Source of the DNA: Eubacteriales bacterium
GTDB taxonomy: Bacteria > Bacillota > Clostridia > Oscillospirales > QAKW01
Length of the DNA stretch: 34,285 bases
Reading direction: 5' to 3'
NCBI GenBank assembly: GCA_045544795.1
Contig: JAZPZR010000017.1
Location: 1-34,285, forward strand
A model generated the notes under the pieces. That model had not been told where the DNA came from, searched no databases, and worked only from the letters and a program-made list of their open reading frames with translations. The position numbers were made by a program, and so were the translations under genes. Position 1 is the first letter of the stretch. Each line of letters starts with the position of its first letter. Positions 26,581 through 34,285 of the stretch are shown piece by piece.

Positions 26581-27870
26581 ATGAAAATCACCTATCAGAA
26601 TCAGATTGAGCTTTACGGCGAATATGACGTTGCAGTTATCGGCGGCGGACCTGCGGGCGTGTGCGCCGCAATTTCTGCCGCACGTCACGGCGCCAAGGTC
26701 ATACTTGTCGAATCTACGGGTATGCTGGGCGGTATGGCAACGTCGGGCATTGTCGGCCCGTTTATGACAGTTTACGACCGCGACGGCAACAAAAAGGTGC
26801 TCGGCGGTCTGTTTGACGAAATTATAGAGCATCTTGAAAAGTATAATGCAGTCGTCACTCCCGACAAGACCGACTCTCCCTCTCTGCACACCTCGTTTAT
26901 ACAAAGATATCACAGACACGTAACACCCTTTGATGCGTTTTATCTTCAGGTGGTGCTTGATGAAATGGCGGAGGAAGCAGGGGTTGAGGTGCTTTGCTAT
27001 ACAAAGTTTGCCGACTGCATCACAAAGGATAAAAATATAACCTACGCGGTCCTTGACGCACCGCAGGGACTTATCTGCATATCCGCAAAGGTGTTTATCG
27101 ACAGTACGGGTATCGCGGCAGTCGCGGACAAGGCGGGCGTTCCCACCTACAAGGGTCACGAAGAAAGCGGTATACCGCAGCCCGCAACGCTTATGTTTGA
27201 GGTTGACCGCGTGGACGACGAAAAGTATAACGAATTCGGCAAAAGACCCGAGCTTCCCGTAAAGGCGTATCTTATGCCCGAAAAAGGACATTATAAGGTA
27301 AACCACTACCGCACCTTCTCAGTTGACGCGGCGGACGCGAAAAGTATTTCGGACGGACACCGCAACGCAAGACGTCAGGTGCTTGACGCATTCAGCGTTC
27401 TTAAAGACAAGACGCCCGGCTTTGAAAATGCAAAGATCACCAACGTCGGCTCGGTGCTCGGCGTAAGAGAGTGCAGACATATCGAGGGTGACTACCGCAT
27501 TACTGTAAAAGACGTGGCTGACGGCACAAAATTTGACGATACTATTGCAGTTTACGGCTACGGCATGGACGTTCACGTAAGAACGCCTGAGGAATCCGGC
27601 AACTTCAAAATTGAAATTGCGGAAAGATATTATATCCCTTATCGCTCAATGCTTCCCAAAAACTGCGAAAACCTGCTCGTTGCAGGTAAGACGATAGCGT
27701 GCGAGTCGCAGGCGGTGGGCGGTATGCGCTGTATGCCCGCGGCGATGGCAATGGGACAGGCGGCAGGACTTGCGGCAACACTTGCCGTAAACGAAAACAA
27801 AACAATAAGAGAAATTGATATAACACGCCTGCAGGAACAGCTTGTAAAAGACGGCGCAAATCTTGACTAG
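26581..27870 (+). CDS. FAD-dependent oxidoreductase (FAD_oxidored-type)
   Basis: DVAVIGGGPAG..AA, LGGM.T.G, IDSTG, GVRE.R.I.G.Y, IPYRSMLP..ENLLVAGK, GQAAG. Confidence 0.9.
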   Translation: MKITYQNQIELYGEYDVAVIGGGPAGVCAAISAARHGAKVILVESTGMLGGMATSGIVGPFMTVYDRDGNKKVLGGLFDEIIEHLEKYNAVVTPDKTDSPSLHTSFIQRYHRHVTPFDAFYLQVVLDEMAEEAGVEVLCYTKFADCITKDKNITYAVLDAPQGLICISAKVFIDSTGIAAVADKAGVPTYKGHEESGIPQPATLMFEVDRVDDEKYNEFGKRPELPVKAYLMPEKGHYKVNHYRTFSVDAADAKSISDGHRNARRQVLDAFSVLKDKTPGFENAKITNVGSVLGVRECRHIEGDYRITVKDVADGTKFDDTIAVYGYGMDVHVRTPEESGNFKIEIAERYYIPYRSMLPKNCENLLVAGKTIACESQAVGGMRCMPAAMAMGQAAGLAATLAVNENKTIREIDITRLQEQLVKDGANLD

Positions 27871-27954
27871 ATGCATTTACGGAGAAAGAATAAATGCTTG
27901 ATTTTTTAAATAAAAATTTTCCCTATGCAAAGGTGGTAACGGTTGCGCTTCTTA
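27871..27954 (+). repeat. 84-bp direct repeat of the mscS 5' UTR and first 20 codons
   Basis: 81/84 identical to 30972..31055 (offset 3101 bp). Confidence 0.95.
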
Positions 27955-28590
27955 AACAGGTACGGGGTGAGTTGTACGACTTGTTCGGAGAGGGCGAATT
28001 TATGCATATCGGTTGTGACGAGGCGTATTATTACACCCGCTGTGACAAAGACAGAAAAAAGCTTCCCGCATTTTTAAAATCACTCACAGACGAGGTAGCG
28101 GAGGAAGGCGACGTCCTATGGTGTGGATGGATATGTTGCTTGAAAAAGATAAGTATAACAAGACATACCGCGCATACGCAACCTGTGAACCTGACGAAGT
28201 GGAAATAATGCAGGAGGCGCTCAATCCCAAAACCGTTATGGTAGACTGGCAGTATAACGCAAAAGTGCCACCCATTCAGCCGCTTGTCAGCCTTAAAGAC
28301 AATATCCGCGATGCAATGGGTGCGCCGTGGTACGATCCCGATAACTACAGCGCCTACGTAGATACGGCAAGCGAATACGATGCGTTCGGTATTATGATGA
28401 CCACCTGGCACACACTCCGCGAGAAAATGCCAAGCGTTCTTGGATGCGCAAAAAATGCGGGGCTATTACTTTCCCATGGTCGCAAAACAACGGTCTGCGT
28501 GAAGAGACGGCAACGATTCTTCGCAAGGTCAGTTTTGAAGGTAATGAATATACCGACTGTGGTTGGTCAAAAAAACAGATAGAGATATAA
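27894..28590 (+). pseudogene. Chimeric pseudogene: MscS N-terminus fused to the C-terminal half of a GH20-like hexosaminidase, two frameshifts
   Basis: MLDFLNKNFPYAKVVTVALL then LLKQVRGELYDLF..MHIGCDEA (GH20 HxGxDE), PMVWMDML, VDWQY, MMTTW; 1-nt deletions near 28110 and in the A-run at 28450..28455; restored frame ends at TAA 28590. Confidence 0.8.
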
Positions 28591-28630
28591 AAAATACGGA
28601 ACAGGTTAAAATGCCTGTTCCGTTTCTATT
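28591..28630. terminator. Bidirectional intrinsic terminator
   Basis: Stem ACGGAACAGG / CCTGTTCCGT between convergent genes. Confidence 0.8.
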
Positions 28631-28643
28631 TATACGTATAAGA

Positions 28644-30002
28644 TTACGCGTTTTTCTTTTTAAGCCATTTGTTTTTAGCAAAATACGGGGTGAAGATAAC
28701 GGCGCGAACGACCCAGTCGCCAAGCATTGCCACCCACACACCAAGTATTCCAAGCCCCAGTCCCCGTATTGTCAGTCCGAAAAGGTGGGCGGCATCAAGC
28801 GACAGAATAAATGCCGAACCTATTCTTACCACCCACATTGAAACGGGGGATACAAACATTGACAGCCTAACGTCGCCTGCGGATTTGAAAATTGCAGGGA
28901 GTACAAACGCAAGCGGGCGCACCGTCGACACGCAGAGCGCGTGGAAAAGCGTCAGCATAACCGCGATTTTTCTGCCCTCATCCGTCAGGTTGTACAGGCT
29001 TGTTATCGGCCTTACAAAAATGCAAAGTAAAAGAGACACTACCCACATACAAAGGTAGGTCCACCACAAAAGCATTTTTGCATATTTTTTTGCCTCTTTA
29101 AAATCCATCGCGCCGTAGCATCTGCCGACAACCGTCACGGCTGCGTTCTGTATTGCGTTTGACGGCAGATAGAGATAATTTGCAAGCGTGTTGGCGACAG
29201 AATTTGCCGCAATTACCGACGTGCCCATGCCCGATATCAGCACCTGAGTTACAAGCCTGCCGAACTGAAACATACTGCTTTCGATACCGTGCGGTATACC
29301 GATACGGAGTATCTTTTTTACAACATTAAAATCGGGCTTGTACTGCCACAGCCGTTCATAATAGACACTCCGCTTTTTGTTATGTAAAATTGCCGTGATT
29401 ATTATCGCATAGCTCGCTCTTGCAATAACGGTCGCCATAGCGGCACCGCGTACACCCATGCCAAGACCGTAAATAAAAATTGCATTACCCGTAACGTTTA
29501 TTGCATTTGTCAAAAGCGAAAGATACATAGAGGTTGTGGTATTGCCCATAACGCGAAGCAACGCCGTGCCCGTTTCTGAAATTGCAAGAAACGGAAATGA
29601 CAGCGCAACTATGCCCATGTATGCCACACCGTTTTGTATAACCGTCTTTTCCGCGCTTGAATAGAGAGTGTTTATAAGCGGTACTCTGAATAGCACGGCA
29701 AATGCACACACAAGAGTCGAGATAGTCAGCGCCACGTAAAAAAGCTGTTTTGCGCTGTTTCTCGTGTATTGTCTGTCGCCGCTGCCGAGCGCGTGAGATA
29801 CGGTAATTGCACCGCCCGTTACAAGTGACGAAAACAACAGCACAAGAAGTGAATCAACAGAACCGACAAGTGACACGCCCGACACCGCTGCCTCGCCCGC
29901 GCTCGATACCATCATTGAGTCTGCGGTGCCAACAAGTATCGAAAGTACGTTCTGAATTATCATAGGAATGATAAGCTTTATAATATCCCGCTTTATAAAC
30001 AT
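28644..30002 (-). CDS. MATE-family efflux transporter
   Basis: PMIIQN...ADSMMV..GEAAVSGV, LR..G.T, N..GN.IFIYG..MGVRGAA.AT, GVW.AM..DW; about 12 TM helices. Confidence 0.92.
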   Translation of the reverse strand: MFIKRDIIKLIIPMIIQNVLSILVGTADSMMVSSAGEAAVSGVSLVGSVDSLLVLLFSSLVTGGAITVSHALGSGDRQYTRNSAKQLFYVALTISTLVCAFAVLFRVPLINTLYSSAEKTVIQNGVAYMGIVALSFPFLAISETGTALLRVMGNTTTSMYLSLLTNAINVTGNAIFIYGLGMGVRGAAMATVIARASYAIIITAILHNKKRSVYYERLWQYKPDFNVVKKILRIGIPHGIESSMFQFGRLVTQVLISGMGTSVIAANSVANTLANYLYLPSNAIQNAAVTVVGRCYGAMDFKEAKKYAKMLLWWTYLCMWVVSLLLCIFVRPITSLYNLTDEGRKIAVMLTLFHALCVSTVRPLAFVLPAIFKSAGDVRLSMFVSPVSMWVVRIGSAFILSLDAAHLFGLTIRGLGLGILGVWVAMLGDWVVRAVIFTPYFAKNKWLKKKNA

Positions 30003-30013
30003 GGCTGTTCCTC

Positions 30014-30041
30014 TTGCAAAAAATATTTACGTTGGTATAAT
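30014..30041 (+). promoter_or_regulatory. Putative sigma-A promoter of the AraC gene
   Basis: TTGCAA-16 nt-TATAAT with extended TG. Confidence 0.5.
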
Positions 30042-30111
30042 ATTAACATAACGATATGGCACTTTGTTGCCAAAAAACATTAAAAATGTGCTATTTTTTT
30101 ACGAGGTTACA

Positions 30112-30885
30112 ATGCATCCGAAGCTTCTGGTGTCAAGAGAACGAAAAAATAAAATATTTTGCATCCACCGTCACAAATCCACAGGTTCAACACAGCTTCA
30201 CTTTCATTCAAACGTCGAGTTGCTTAGCGTAAACGCAGGTAACGTCGACGTGTGGATAAACGGAAAGTATCGCCGTCTCGGTGCAGGTGATATGGCGGTT
30301 TCATTAAGCTATGATGCCCACCGCTACGAGCCTGTGGAGGTGGCAAACACGTCTTATATTATCGTGCCCGCCTCTATGTGTCAGGAACTGTCGGGTAAAT
30401 CGGCATACGACCCGTTTATCTGCGATAAAGAACTGTATCATTCCGTTGATAAGCTTACAGAACTTGTTGCCGATAATAAAAACGAACTGCTTACAAACGG
30501 TGCGGTCAGTGTTATTTTCGGGCTGATTATCGAGCATATCCGTTTTACGGAGCGTGACGGCTCTGTCGGTGCGGACGGTACGTCACAGGTGCTTTTGTAC
30601 CTGCACGATAATTTCAAAAGCAATATTACACTCCAATCGGTGTCGGCAGCGCTCGGCTATAATCCCAGTTATCTTTCACGTATGTTTCACGAGACGACGG
30701 GTATTACCTTTAATTCCTATCTGACTGTAATACGGCTTCGCGAGGCAGTAAAACTGTTAAAGGAGGGAAAAAAGGTGTCTTTTTGCGCTTATGAAAGCGG
30801 GTTTAATTCAGCGCGCACCTTTTACCGCGCGTTTTCCGATGAATTTTCCTGTACACCGAAAGAATATTTAAAAAGCCAGTTATAA
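30112..30885 (+). CDS. AraC-family transcriptional regulator
   Basis: Cupin HFH..VE...H; HTH GYNPSYLSRMF..ESGFNSARTFYRAF...TPKEY; start at ATG 30112 after GAGGT. Confidence 0.9.
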   Translation: MHPKLLVSRERKNKIFCIHRHKSTGSTQLHFHSNVELLSVNAGNVDVWINGKYRRLGAGDMAVSLSYDAHRYEPVEVANTSYIIVPASMCQELSGKSAYDPFICDKELYHSVDKLTELVADNKNELLTNGAVSVIFGLIIEHIRFTERDGSVGADGTSQVLLYLHDNFKSNITLQSVSAALGYNPSYLSRMFHETTGITFNSYLTVIRLREAVKLLKEGKKVSFCAYESGFNSARTFYRAFSDEFSCTPKEYLKSQL

Positions 30886-30907
30886 TTCCGTCAGTTGATT
30901 CTTTCTA

Positions 30908-30936
30908 TTTACTTTTAAAACAATACATAGTATAAT
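30908..30936 (+). promoter_or_regulatory. Sigma-A promoter of the mscS operon
   Basis: TTTACT-17 nt-TATAAT. Confidence 0.65.
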
Positions 30937-30994
30937 TCAAATGAGATTAAACTTTACGGCATACCTTAAATATGTATTTACGGAGGAAGAATAA

Positions 30995-31789
30995 ATGCTT
31001 GATTTTTTAAATAAAAATTTTCCCTATGCAAAGGCGGTAACGGTTGCGCTTCTTACCGTTATATGCCTTGTTGCGATAAAGCTTATACTTGTGCTTTTTG
31101 ACAAGTTTGTCAAAAAGTCAAAGATCGACCCTATCATATGCAAAATACTGCGCGTGTCGGTAAAGGCTCTGCTTATATTTATAGCAGTAATAATAGTGTT
31201 CGGCAGTATGGGCGTGTCGGTATCGTCACTCGTTGCCGCGCTGTCTGTTGTCGGTGTTGCGGTATCTCTTGCGATACAGGGCTTTTTATCCAACGTTTTC
31301 GGCGGAATACAGATAATATCAAACAAGCCGTTTCACATCGGTGACTACGTTGACGCGGGCGGTGAGTCGGGCACGGTACGTGAGGTAGGTCTTTTTTACA
31401 CAAAGCTTTACACACCCGATAAAAAACTGATACAGATCCCCAACAGCACGATCGCCAACTCAAACATAACCAACTACTCAAGCGCATCCAAGCGCCGCGT
31501 TGATATCACGGTCAGCGCATCATACGCTGACGACACGGAAAAGGTGAAAGCGCTTCTTTTAAAGCTGCTTTCAGACCACCCGCTGACGCTTGATGAGGAG
31601 GACTATCTTCCCACAGTCCACGTAAGCGCGTATAACGCAAGCGACATCAGCTACACCTTGCGCGCGTGGTGTAAAAACAGCGACTATTGGACAGTTTATA
31701 ACGAAATGATGGACAGCATCAAGCCCGCGTTTGATAAAAACGGAATTTCAATGAGCTTCCCCCATGTGAACGTTCACATGATCAAATAA
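30995..31789 (+). CDS. mscS: Small-conductance mechanosensitive channel
   Basis: Three TM helices, G.AVSLA.QG.LSN.FGG, KPF.IGD, IPNS...ITNYS..RRVD, I..SFP. Confidence 0.9.
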   Translation: MLDFLNKNFPYAKAVTVALLTVICLVAIKLILVLFDKFVKKSKIDPIICKILRVSVKALLIFIAVIIVFGSMGVSVSSLVAALSVVGVAVSLAIQGFLSNVFGGIQIISNKPFHIGDYVDAGGESGTVREVGLFYTKLYTPDKKLIQIPNSTIANSNITNYSSASKRRVDITVSASYADDTEKVKALLLKLLSDHPLTLDEEDYLPTVHVSAYNASDISYTLRAWCKNSDYWTVYNEMMDSIKPAFDKNGISMSFPHVNVHMIK

Positions 31790-31803
31790 AAAGGAGAATG
31801 ACC

Positions 31804-33573
31804 ATGAATATTTCAGCGCTTATCTATCTGCTTCTGTTTATCCCCTTTATGATACTTTTTGCCGTATTCGGCGCAACCTTTATGACGGCAGGCTACAAAA
31901 AAGACCTCGGACGCTCGCTCATATCACTCGGCGCGTCGGTTAGCGCAGTAATCATCAGCTTTTTTACCTCAAAGCTGTTTGCGTGGGCGCTGTCAAAGCT
32001 TTTTGGCGGCATTATTTCAAAGATAGTGCCCAAAGACAGCGGTGTGATGGCAGGCTTGATCGAGGGCACGGCGGCAGGTGTTATAAAAATAGTCCTGTCA
32101 CTCCTGCTTTTCGGCACGTTTTTTGCTATCACTCTGGGTGTTTTCAAAACTATATTTAAAAATCACCTGTGCGGCGCATGGCTTGACAAATTAAATCCCG
32201 CAACAAGCGGGTCAAAATGGGGCGGCCTCGGCGTACGTTTTGTCGATGCGCTCCTCGTTGTAATAATGCTTTCACTCCCGCTTTACGGCACTATTGCAAC
32301 GGTCGTCCCGCCTGTAAGCTCGCTCATGCAGATGTCAGAGCCAAAAGAGGCTGACGATGCTCTGACACTCACAAAAGCAGGCAAAAGCGCACTTTCTGTA
32401 AGCTACATGGATACGGCGGCAGAGCCCGCGCCCGCACCTCAGAAAAGCGGTGACAACGTCGCTCTTGAAATTGTGCAGATGATAGAAAAGCACCCTGTCC
32501 TCATCCCGTACACTTACGGCCCTGCAGAATGGGTGTATTCGGGTCTTTCAAGCTTTTCAATGAACGGAAATTCGGTTGATGTCAGCCGTGCCGCCGAGGC
32601 GGTGGCAGGTCTTACCGAGCGTTTTGTCGGTTTGATTGAAATAATTGACAGCGGGGACGAGGACGTCATTATTTCAAAAACGGAAGACATCGTTTCTTAC
32701 GCACGCGACAACGTTATTGAAGAGCGTTGGTTTTACAACATGTGCATGGCGCTTTTGTCCGAGTTTGACAAGGCTATGGCAGAGGAGCGCCTGAATTTCG
32801 GACAGGGAGAGCAGTTTATTTTACAGCTCCGCCCCCTTTTTGACATGTCTTACGGGGAATTTAAGAGCAACGGCGTTGCACTCCTCGACTTTTTGGAGTA
32901 TCTTTTAAGTGAAGAAAATATAGTCATGTTCAAAGGACAAAACGACCTCACCTACGATCAGACGACGGAAAAAACGGACGAGTTTTTATCAAAGCTCGGT
33001 GCTCTCATAAACCACAGCGAGCAGTCGGTTGCCGCAAAGCAGTTTATTTATATGGCGGTATTTTCGAGCAAGTTTTCAATGCAGGACATGACCGATATGT
33101 TTAAAAATTGGAATGACGGAAAGCTTACAGACGCTGATGACCAAAAGCGTGATGCATTTCTCTTTTTTAATCTGACTACCGGCGGCGGTACGTTTGACGT
33201 GATAACGCTTGTCTCAATGCATCCGCTGTTTGGAAACGAAAGCGCTATGCTCCTTTTACAAAGCGAAAACGTGGCAGAGCAGCTTAATTGGGAGTTTGAC
33301 ACATATGTAGGCGCAGACGAGATAGAAAAGGCGATTACAGACGAATCTGTAAAGGCTAAGCTCACAGCAAAGCTTGATTCTTATAAGGATGCGTCAATTG
33401 CCGACGTTTCTCTGCTTATCGGTAATGACGATCTATATGAGTACGTAAAGGACGTTATTGCCAATAAGCTGAGCATTGACCTTTCACAAAAGCCCAGGTA
33501 TTATTCAGAGGACGGGTTTTTGCTGATACCCGACAGTGAGCAGGTTACTGTAGTACAGCCTTCGTTTTTCTGA
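31804..33573 (+). CDS. Membrane protein with CvpA-like N-terminal TM region and a large acidic C-terminal domain
   Basis: 4-5 TM helices with GYKK.L.RSLISL and KWGGLG..FVDALL patterns; start at the second ATG, 7 nt from AAGGAG. Confidence 0.5.
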   Translation: MNISALIYLLLFIPFMILFAVFGATFMTAGYKKDLGRSLISLGASVSAVIISFFTSKLFAWALSKLFGGIISKIVPKDSGVMAGLIEGTAAGVIKIVLSLLLFGTFFAITLGVFKTIFKNHLCGAWLDKLNPATSGSKWGGLGVRFVDALLVVIMLSLPLYGTIATVVPPVSSLMQMSEPKEADDALTLTKAGKSALSVSYMDTAAEPAPAPQKSGDNVALEIVQMIEKHPVLIPYTYGPAEWVYSGLSSFSMNGNSVDVSRAAEAVAGLTERFVGLIEIIDSGDEDVIISKTEDIVSYARDNVIEERWFYNMCMALLSEFDKAMAEERLNFGQGEQFILQLRPLFDMSYGEFKSNGVALLDFLEYLLSEENIVMFKGQNDLTYDQTTEKTDEFLSKLGALINHSEQSVAAKQFIYMAVFSSKFSMQDMTDMFKNWNDGKLTDADDQKRDAFLFFNLTTGGGTFDVITLVSMHPLFGNESAMLLLQSENVAEQLNWEFDTYVGADEIEKAITDESVKAKLTAKLDSYKDASIADVSLLIGNDDLYEYVKDVIANKLSIDLSQKPRYYSEDGFLLIPDSEQVTVVQPSFF

Positions 33574-33584
33574 AGAGGTAAATT

Positions 33585-34223
33585 ATGAAAATTATAAAAG
33601 AAACAACTGATAAAAATATTTTTCCCTATATTGCATATATCCCCGATACCGTAAGCGAAAATCCTGCGATTTTGTTTCAGCTTCACGGCGCAGGGGAGAG
33701 GGGATACGGAGATGGAGATCTAGAGCTTGTGCTGAAGCACGGCTTTGCAAACACAGTCAATGACGGTAATCTTAAAGACTGTATTCTTATAATGCCCCAA
33801 TGCCCCAAAAACAGCTTCTGGGTTGCAAAGATAGAAAGCATTAAACGGTTTATCGACCTTATGACAGAAAAGTACAGCGCAGATAAAAGCAGGCTGTATC
33901 TTTGCGGTCTGAGCATGGGCGGATTCGGCACCTGGTACACCGCCATGGCATACCCCGACGTCTTTGCGGCGATAGCGCCCTGTTGCGGCGGAGGCATGGC
34001 ATGGAATGCATCCACCCTTAAAATGCCGATATGGGCGTTCCACGGTCTTGACGACAAGGTGGTATCTCCCAATCAGACGATTGAAATGGCAGAAAAATTA
34101 AAGGTGTCCAACCCTGAGTTCAAGTGTGATCTGTACCAGGGCGTTGCCCATAATTCGTGGCAAAAAGCGTTTGATACCCCGACACTTGAATGGTTGCTTT
34201 CACATAAAAAAGACGTAAGGTAG
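33585..34223 (+). CDS. Alpha/beta-hydrolase (phospholipase/carboxylesterase or predicted peptidase)
   Basis: LHGAGERG, PQCP, GLSMGG nucleophile elbow, HG.DD.VV, H.SW catalytic triad. Confidence 0.9.
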   Translation: MKIIKETTDKNIFPYIAYIPDTVSENPAILFQLHGAGERGYGDGDLELVLKHGFANTVNDGNLKDCILIMPQCPKNSFWVAKIESIKRFIDLMTEKYSADKSRLYLCGLSMGGFGTWYTAMAYPDVFAAIAPCCGGGMAWNASTLKMPIWAFHGLDDKVVSPNQTIEMAEKLKVSNPEFKCDLYQGVAHNSWQKAFDTPTLEWLLSHKKDVR

Positions 34224-34238
34224 ATCCTTACGTCTTTT
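34206..34238 (+). terminator. Intrinsic terminator overlapping the stop codon
   Basis: AAAAGACGTAAGG-TAGAT-CCTTACGTCTTTT. Confidence 0.85.
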
Positions 34239-34285
34239 AAATTGCGGTTTGTCGGGATGTTTTATAATTATTTCGTAGGGGTCGG
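34239..34285. repeat. Truncated copy of the REP/REPIN-like element
   Basis: AAATTGCGGTTTGTCGGGATG + AT arm + GTAGGGGTCGG; 44/47 identical to the reverse complement of 45..91. Confidence 0.85.

Noticed and set aside
26521-27306. 261-aa minus-strand ORF (similarly 4458..5054, 6376..7044, 12639..13229, 13289..14026)
   Set aside because: All lie antisense to well-supported genes and show no family motifs; expected from codon bias
14382-28625. 14-kb invertible segment bounded by the two inverted GH20 tails
   Set aside because: The repeats are only about 83% identical with a synonymous bias (coding relics) and no invertase is present
30057-30070. Sigma-54-like TGGCAC..TTGC
   Set aside because: GG to GC spacing is 9 nt rather than the strictly required 10, and no enhancer-binding protein gene is nearby
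1-34285. CRISPR array, tRNA/rRNA, integrase, transposase, phage or defence genes
   Set aside because: No regularly spaced repeat-spacer array, structural RNA signature or such protein motif was seen by eye; a covariance-model search was not possible

Overview
A 34.3-kb, gene-dense window that looks like chromosome from an anaerobic Clostridia-type Firmicute (sigma-A promoters, GGAG ribosome-binding sites (RBS), SipW-type signal peptide). Both ends fall inside copies of a GTAG-type REP/MITE-like repeat. The window is a mosaic of metabolic modules: (1) a corrinoid methyltransferase operon whose B12-binding protein is fused in frame behind an AraC regulator but keeps its own RBS; (2) a SipW/TasA-class secreted protein; (3) a GH89-like hydrolase without a signal peptide; (4) an AraC-linked five-gene oxidoreductase operon led by an atypical type I dehydroquinase-like enzyme; (5) a three-module QueG/reductive-dehalogenase-superfamily protein with altered Fe-S ligands and its own divergent AraC; (6) an rfbFGH + ThDP enzyme + SDR cluster (CDP branched-chain 3,6-dideoxysugar, yersiniose-like) coupled to a GtrB-like GT2 and a GT87/GT-C transferase; (7) FAD oxidoreductase, MATE, AraC, MscS, CvpA-like and esterase genes. 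The DNA also shows recombination scars outside the ORF track. A duplicated mscS promoter and 5' end surround the FAD oxidoreductase and are fused to a GH20 pseudogene. A second diverged GH20 3' tail plus terminator follows the QueG-like gene. A shared 21-bp terminal motif brackets two different REP families. All family calls come from motif recognition by eye; no database searches were run.
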